Source: Vampirovibrionales bacterium (lineage in GTDB: Bacteria > Cyanobacteriota > Vampirovibrionia > Vampirovibrionales > JAJTHC01). From it: a stretch of 50,746 nt of DNA. The notes beneath the pieces were generated by a model. That model saw nothing but the letters and a program-made list of their open reading frames with translations, was not told the origin of the DNA and did not search any database. The position numbers and the translations under genes were made by a program. The stretch lies in contig CANGYO010000001.1 in the NCBI GenBank assembly GCA_947458095.1, positions 72,414 to 123,159 on the forward strand, read 5' to 3'. Positions 47,645 to 50,746 of this stretch are shown here, piece after piece (position 1 is the first letter of the stretch; the number at the start of each line of letters is the position of its first letter).

Positions 47645-47792
47645 ATACCAGTTCATAGTTTGAATAGCGTATAGGCGGATTCTAGGAGCCTAGACTCGCA
47701 GATGTGTGAGGTGTACAGAGACGACCATAAGCACATCGAGAACCCGAGCAACAACGAAGACGTCAGACGCTATTTAAAATGGGAACTGGTAT
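47645..47792 (+). mobile_element. MITE family R1 (148 bp)
   Basis: Same length and TIRs as 33002-33149. Confidence 0.85.
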
Positions 47793-47918
47793 CATTGCAA
47801 ATGTAACAGATGTGTCATCCCTAGCACAGAAGGTTCTTAAGATTGTTTTAATACTTATATAAGCTTAATCTCAATGCAAGATCTTTAAACCCCTCTGTTT
47901 TAACAACCCTAGTAAAGG

Positions 47919-48581
47919 ATGAACCTCTCTATGTCTAACGCTGAACGCAAAACCTTTGTTTTAAAATGTGACAAGCCTCGTTATGATGGTGGTATTGAAA
48001 TTGATTTGGAACGCTATTTTGGCAGACGCCTTCAACCGAATTTGACGTCATTAAAAGGAATGGCACAAGAACATCTGAATGAAGACCAACTTAAAAAACT
48101 TGGGGATGATGCCGTATTAAGCCCAACACAAGTGATGGCTCGTGCTAAAAAAGCAAAATCAAAAACACAATCCTTATTAAGCGAAGAAATGGTTTATGAT
48201 ATGGATGAAGCCTTAGAACGCAATATGGCAAGCGAAGATTTAGCGGAACTTTTACCGTATACCCGTGTCAATAAAGACGCCATAAAAAAAGCGGATCAAA
48301 AACAGCAGGATGCGGACAAGGCGATGCGTCCCCTGATGCGTCAAGATCGCTTAAAAGACGTCTTCATGCAAGGGCCTTTGCAAATGGGCATTGGCTTAAC
48401 AGGTTTGCTCACCAGTCTGCTCGCCTTATGTGCCATGAACTTATGTGCCAGACCTGAAGGCATTCGTCACCAAGCCCGTCAACTGTTTCAAGATTGTACT
48501 AAAGTTTTTTGGAAAGGCTTGTGGAATACCGTGCTTTTGCCAGTATCGACCCTGAGAGCCGTGATGATTTACTCATTTTAA
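47919..48581 (+). CDS. Hypothetical protein with a C-terminal hydrophobic segment
   Basis: 220 aa with RBS AAGGA; charged helical body followed by MGIGLTGLLTSLLALCAM. Confidence 0.75.
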   Translation: MNLSMSNAERKTFVLKCDKPRYDGGIEIDLERYFGRRLQPNLTSLKGMAQEHLNEDQLKKLGDDAVLSPTQVMARAKKAKSKTQSLLSEEMVYDMDEALERNMASEDLAELLPYTRVNKDAIKKADQKQQDADKAMRPLMRQDRLKDVFMQGPLQMGIGLTGLLTSLLALCAMNLCARPEGIRHQARQLFQDCTKVFWKGLWNTVLLPVSTLRAVMIYSF

Positions 48582-48595
48582 AGTCGAAACTTAGG

Positions 48596-48621
48596 TAGCC
48601 GTCTCTTTAAAAGGACGGCTA
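48596..48621 (+). terminator. Hairpin after the 47919 gene
   Basis: tagccgtc-tctttaaaag-gacggcta. Confidence 0.55.
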
Positions 48622-48684
48622 TTGTCTTATGCGTATGCTAGAATGAAATAAAGTTCCCCTTGCTTAATAGGATTGCCCCCCTTC

Positions 48685-50145
48685 ATGCCTAAGCCTAAAG
48701 CTCGTTTGAGCCACCCAATTTGGTTGCCATGGTTACGCTTATTTAAACAGGGGTATCGCTTATTCGCTTCGATGGAATTGGCGATTGTGTTACTTATTGC
48801 GTTGGCACTGGCGTGTATTGTGGGCAGCTTAATGCCCCAAGAAAGCTTGGTGAATCTTGCCGATATTCAGCGTCAATTTGGCAATGCAACGCCTTACCTT
48901 AAAGCGATGGGTTTTTTCAATGTGTTTTATAGTACCTGGTTTTTTAGCTTAGAAGCCCTGTTCTTTGTGTCGATTGTACTCGGTTCTTTTCGATGGTTGC
49001 GTCCTGCGTGGCGTTCGATTACCCTAAAAACCCTGATGAATGCGACCCATATTCAAAGTTGTTCAACCGCGCGCAACATAAGTATCTCCCCTGCGGTGGC
49101 TCCTCCTGAAACGCTGGCGACTTTAACGCTGGCGTTAAAACAAGAAGGCTTTAGCATCACGCCTTCAAGCCCCAAGCACCCATGGAGCCTTTACGCCCAA
49201 CGGGGCTGGCTCGGACGAGTCGGCCCAATGATTACGCACTTGGGCATTGCACTTACCTTGTTGGCGGGTTTGTACGGAGCCTTTAGTAATTTTACGGCAC
49301 AAGCGACTTTAAAACCAAATGAATCTTTATATATAAGTGAAGCGGATTCCTTCCAAACGTCTACGAATCCGCCTTATTGGCTGGGTCGTATTCCTGAATG
49401 GAAGTTCAAAGTCACGGATTTTGATATTGAGTTTCAACAAAAATCGCCGTTGATTCCCAAGCAATTCACCTCCACTTTGCAGATTTTAGATCCTTTGACG
49501 GGGGAAATGCTGGCGGAAGGGCAAAGTTCCGTGAATCATCCCTTTGTTTATGATGGCGTGACCTTTTATCAAGCCCAATTTTCACCGACCACCTTGCATG
49601 ATGTGTGGATTGATCGTGTCCCTTTGCGTATGGATGCGTCTCAAACGCTGGCGGGGCGTCCGTATGCGGTGCATCCTGTCAATGCCACGACTCGTTTATT
49701 TATGTTTCCCTTGGGGCGTTTTACCGATGGCTTACCCACCAACCGCTTGCATGTATTGCTGGAGCGTAACGGCGTTTTACAAGGGTATCAAAAGGGCTTT
49801 AGTGAAGCGAATAACACCATACTTTCCTTAGAAGAAGGGGGTAAAGCGGGGATTCTGGGGGGGGTAAGTCTTCAATACAAAAAAGCGGTGATGGCAACGG
49901 GTTTGCAGATGAAATACGCGCCTGAAACGGCTTTTCTATACATGAGTTTATTGATTTTGACTTTGGGTTGTGTGTTGAGCTTTATTCCGCATCACCAAGT
50001 GTGGTTTGCCTTGTATTCAGAAGAGGGAGAAGGCAAGGCTCCACCGACCGAATTGTGGTGGTATACGAAGGCGAAGAAGCGTCATTTTGCCTTAGAAGAG
50101 GCGTTGACCCGTTGCTTAGCGAAGATGCCTCGTGCCTTGCGTTAG
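48685..50145 (+). CDS. ccs1: Cytochrome c biogenesis protein ResB/Ccs1 (system II)
   Basis: LAIVLLIALA..GS..PQ, VFYSTWF, GRVGPMITH, PKQFTS and VNHPF.YDG..FYQ motifs; C-terminal TM. Confidence 0.85.
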   Translation: MPKPKARLSHPIWLPWLRLFKQGYRLFASMELAIVLLIALALACIVGSLMPQESLVNLADIQRQFGNATPYLKAMGFFNVFYSTWFFSLEALFFVSIVLGSFRWLRPAWRSITLKTLMNATHIQSCSTARNISISPAVAPPETLATLTLALKQEGFSITPSSPKHPWSLYAQRGWLGRVGPMITHLGIALTLLAGLYGAFSNFTAQATLKPNESLYISEADSFQTSTNPPYWLGRIPEWKFKVTDFDIEFQQKSPLIPKQFTSTLQILDPLTGEMLAEGQSSVNHPFVYDGVTFYQAQFSPTTLHDVWIDRVPLRMDASQTLAGRPYAVHPVNATTRLFMFPLGRFTDGLPTNRLHVLLERNGVLQGYQKGFSEANNTILSLEEGGKAGILGGVSLQYKKAVMATGLQMKYAPETAFLYMSLLILTLGCVLSFIPHHQVWFALYSEEGEGKAPPTELWWYTKAKKRHFALEEALTRCLAKMPRALR

Positions 50146-50159
50146 CGATAAAACAAGGG

Positions 50160-50482
50160 TTTTCGACACACAAAATACCACTTTCTGACCCACGAAACCC
50201 TTGTGTCTGACACACGAAAGTCGCTTTCTTGACACATGAAACCCTCGTTTTTGGCACACAAAACCCGCTGTTTTGACACATAAAACTCGGCTTTCTGACA
50301 CACACTAATCTAAAAAACGTCATGTTGAGTGTAACGAAACATCTCCTCCCCTCTTTTGGGGGAGATCCTTCACGTGCGTTCAGGATGACGCATTCAGGTT
50401 GGTTCATCAATTTTCAAAGAACTACTCTTTTTCATTATGACAAAAGGAGTCGCCTTTGAATAGTGCTTAAAACCGACGTTTT
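50160..50482. repeat. R4 composite: seven 22-bp tandem units, full REP (50318-50390), conserved tail
   Basis: Unit G positions 50165, 50187, 50209, 50231, 50253, 50275, 50297 (exact 22-bp period), then cgtcatgttga...tcaggatgacg. Confidence 0.9.
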
Positions 50483-50525
50483 TGCTCCCCTTACTTTAGT
50501 CCTTTACGAAGGGGGAGTGACAATT

Positions 50526-50746
50526 TATGGTAATTTATAGATAAACATGGAGATGTTTAACTTGTTGCATAAGCAGGCGTCCAAGCACTAAATCCGAGCG
50601 GGTGAGCGTACTGCGAATCCCCGAGCGATTTTGCGGACGTCGTGCAAAGGAATGATGCGAGGAGGTGGGTCAAAAGGGGGTGGATTTTTAAGGAGGGGGA
50701 AATGAGGGAGGAGAAACGCAATGCGTCCTTCCTTCCCCCTCCTTAA
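50526..50746. repeat. R2 large structured repeat, copy 3, cut by the window end
   Basis: From 50564 onward it is nearly identical to copy 2. Confidence 0.9.

Noticed and set aside
50160-50305. CRISPR or TIGR array interpretation of the 22-bp repeats
   Set aside because: The variable part is only about 6 nt and partly conserved, the repeats are degenerate, and no cas or Nop-domain gene is in the window.
43571-50746. R2 copies as integron attC sites flanking gene cassettes
   Set aside because: Too long for typical attC, no clear RYYYAAC/GTTRRRY ends, no integron integrase, and the intervening genes are ordinary chromosomal genes in mixed orientation.

Overview
A gene-dense, moderately AT-rich bacterial chromosomal segment. 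It starts inside a gene and ends inside a repeat, so it may be a whole contig. Several proteins look cyanobacterial (plastidic-type FNR, Ccs1/ResB, MutY with a Nudix box) but there are no photosynthesis genes, so I infer a non-photosynthetic cyanobacterial relative (Vampirovibrionia/Melainabacteria). Content: housekeeping genes (thyX, mutY, ftsEX, coaX, serA, rnhB, rbgA, purB, glyS, tRNA-Arg), a type IV pilus/T2SS operon (lipoprotein, secretin, PilB, PilC), a GtrA/GT-C/GT2 glycosylation trio, two-component proteins, a HigBA-like toxin-antitoxin pair and several orphans. Four things are not in the ORF track. (1) A truncated AbiF/Abi_2-family gene at the left edge, with a strong promoter and a folded 5' leader; this is a candidate RNA-antitoxin system. 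(2) At least five interspersed repeat families: a ~330-nt structured element with compensatory base changes, two 22-bp-period tandem arrays fused to a REP and a conserved tail, and MITEs that swap ends and cores and often abut stop codons. (3) HLR1-like (RpaB-type) direct repeats upstream of lineage-specific genes. (4) An orphan gene split by an in-frame TAG. All assignments come from reading motifs by eye; no searches were run.
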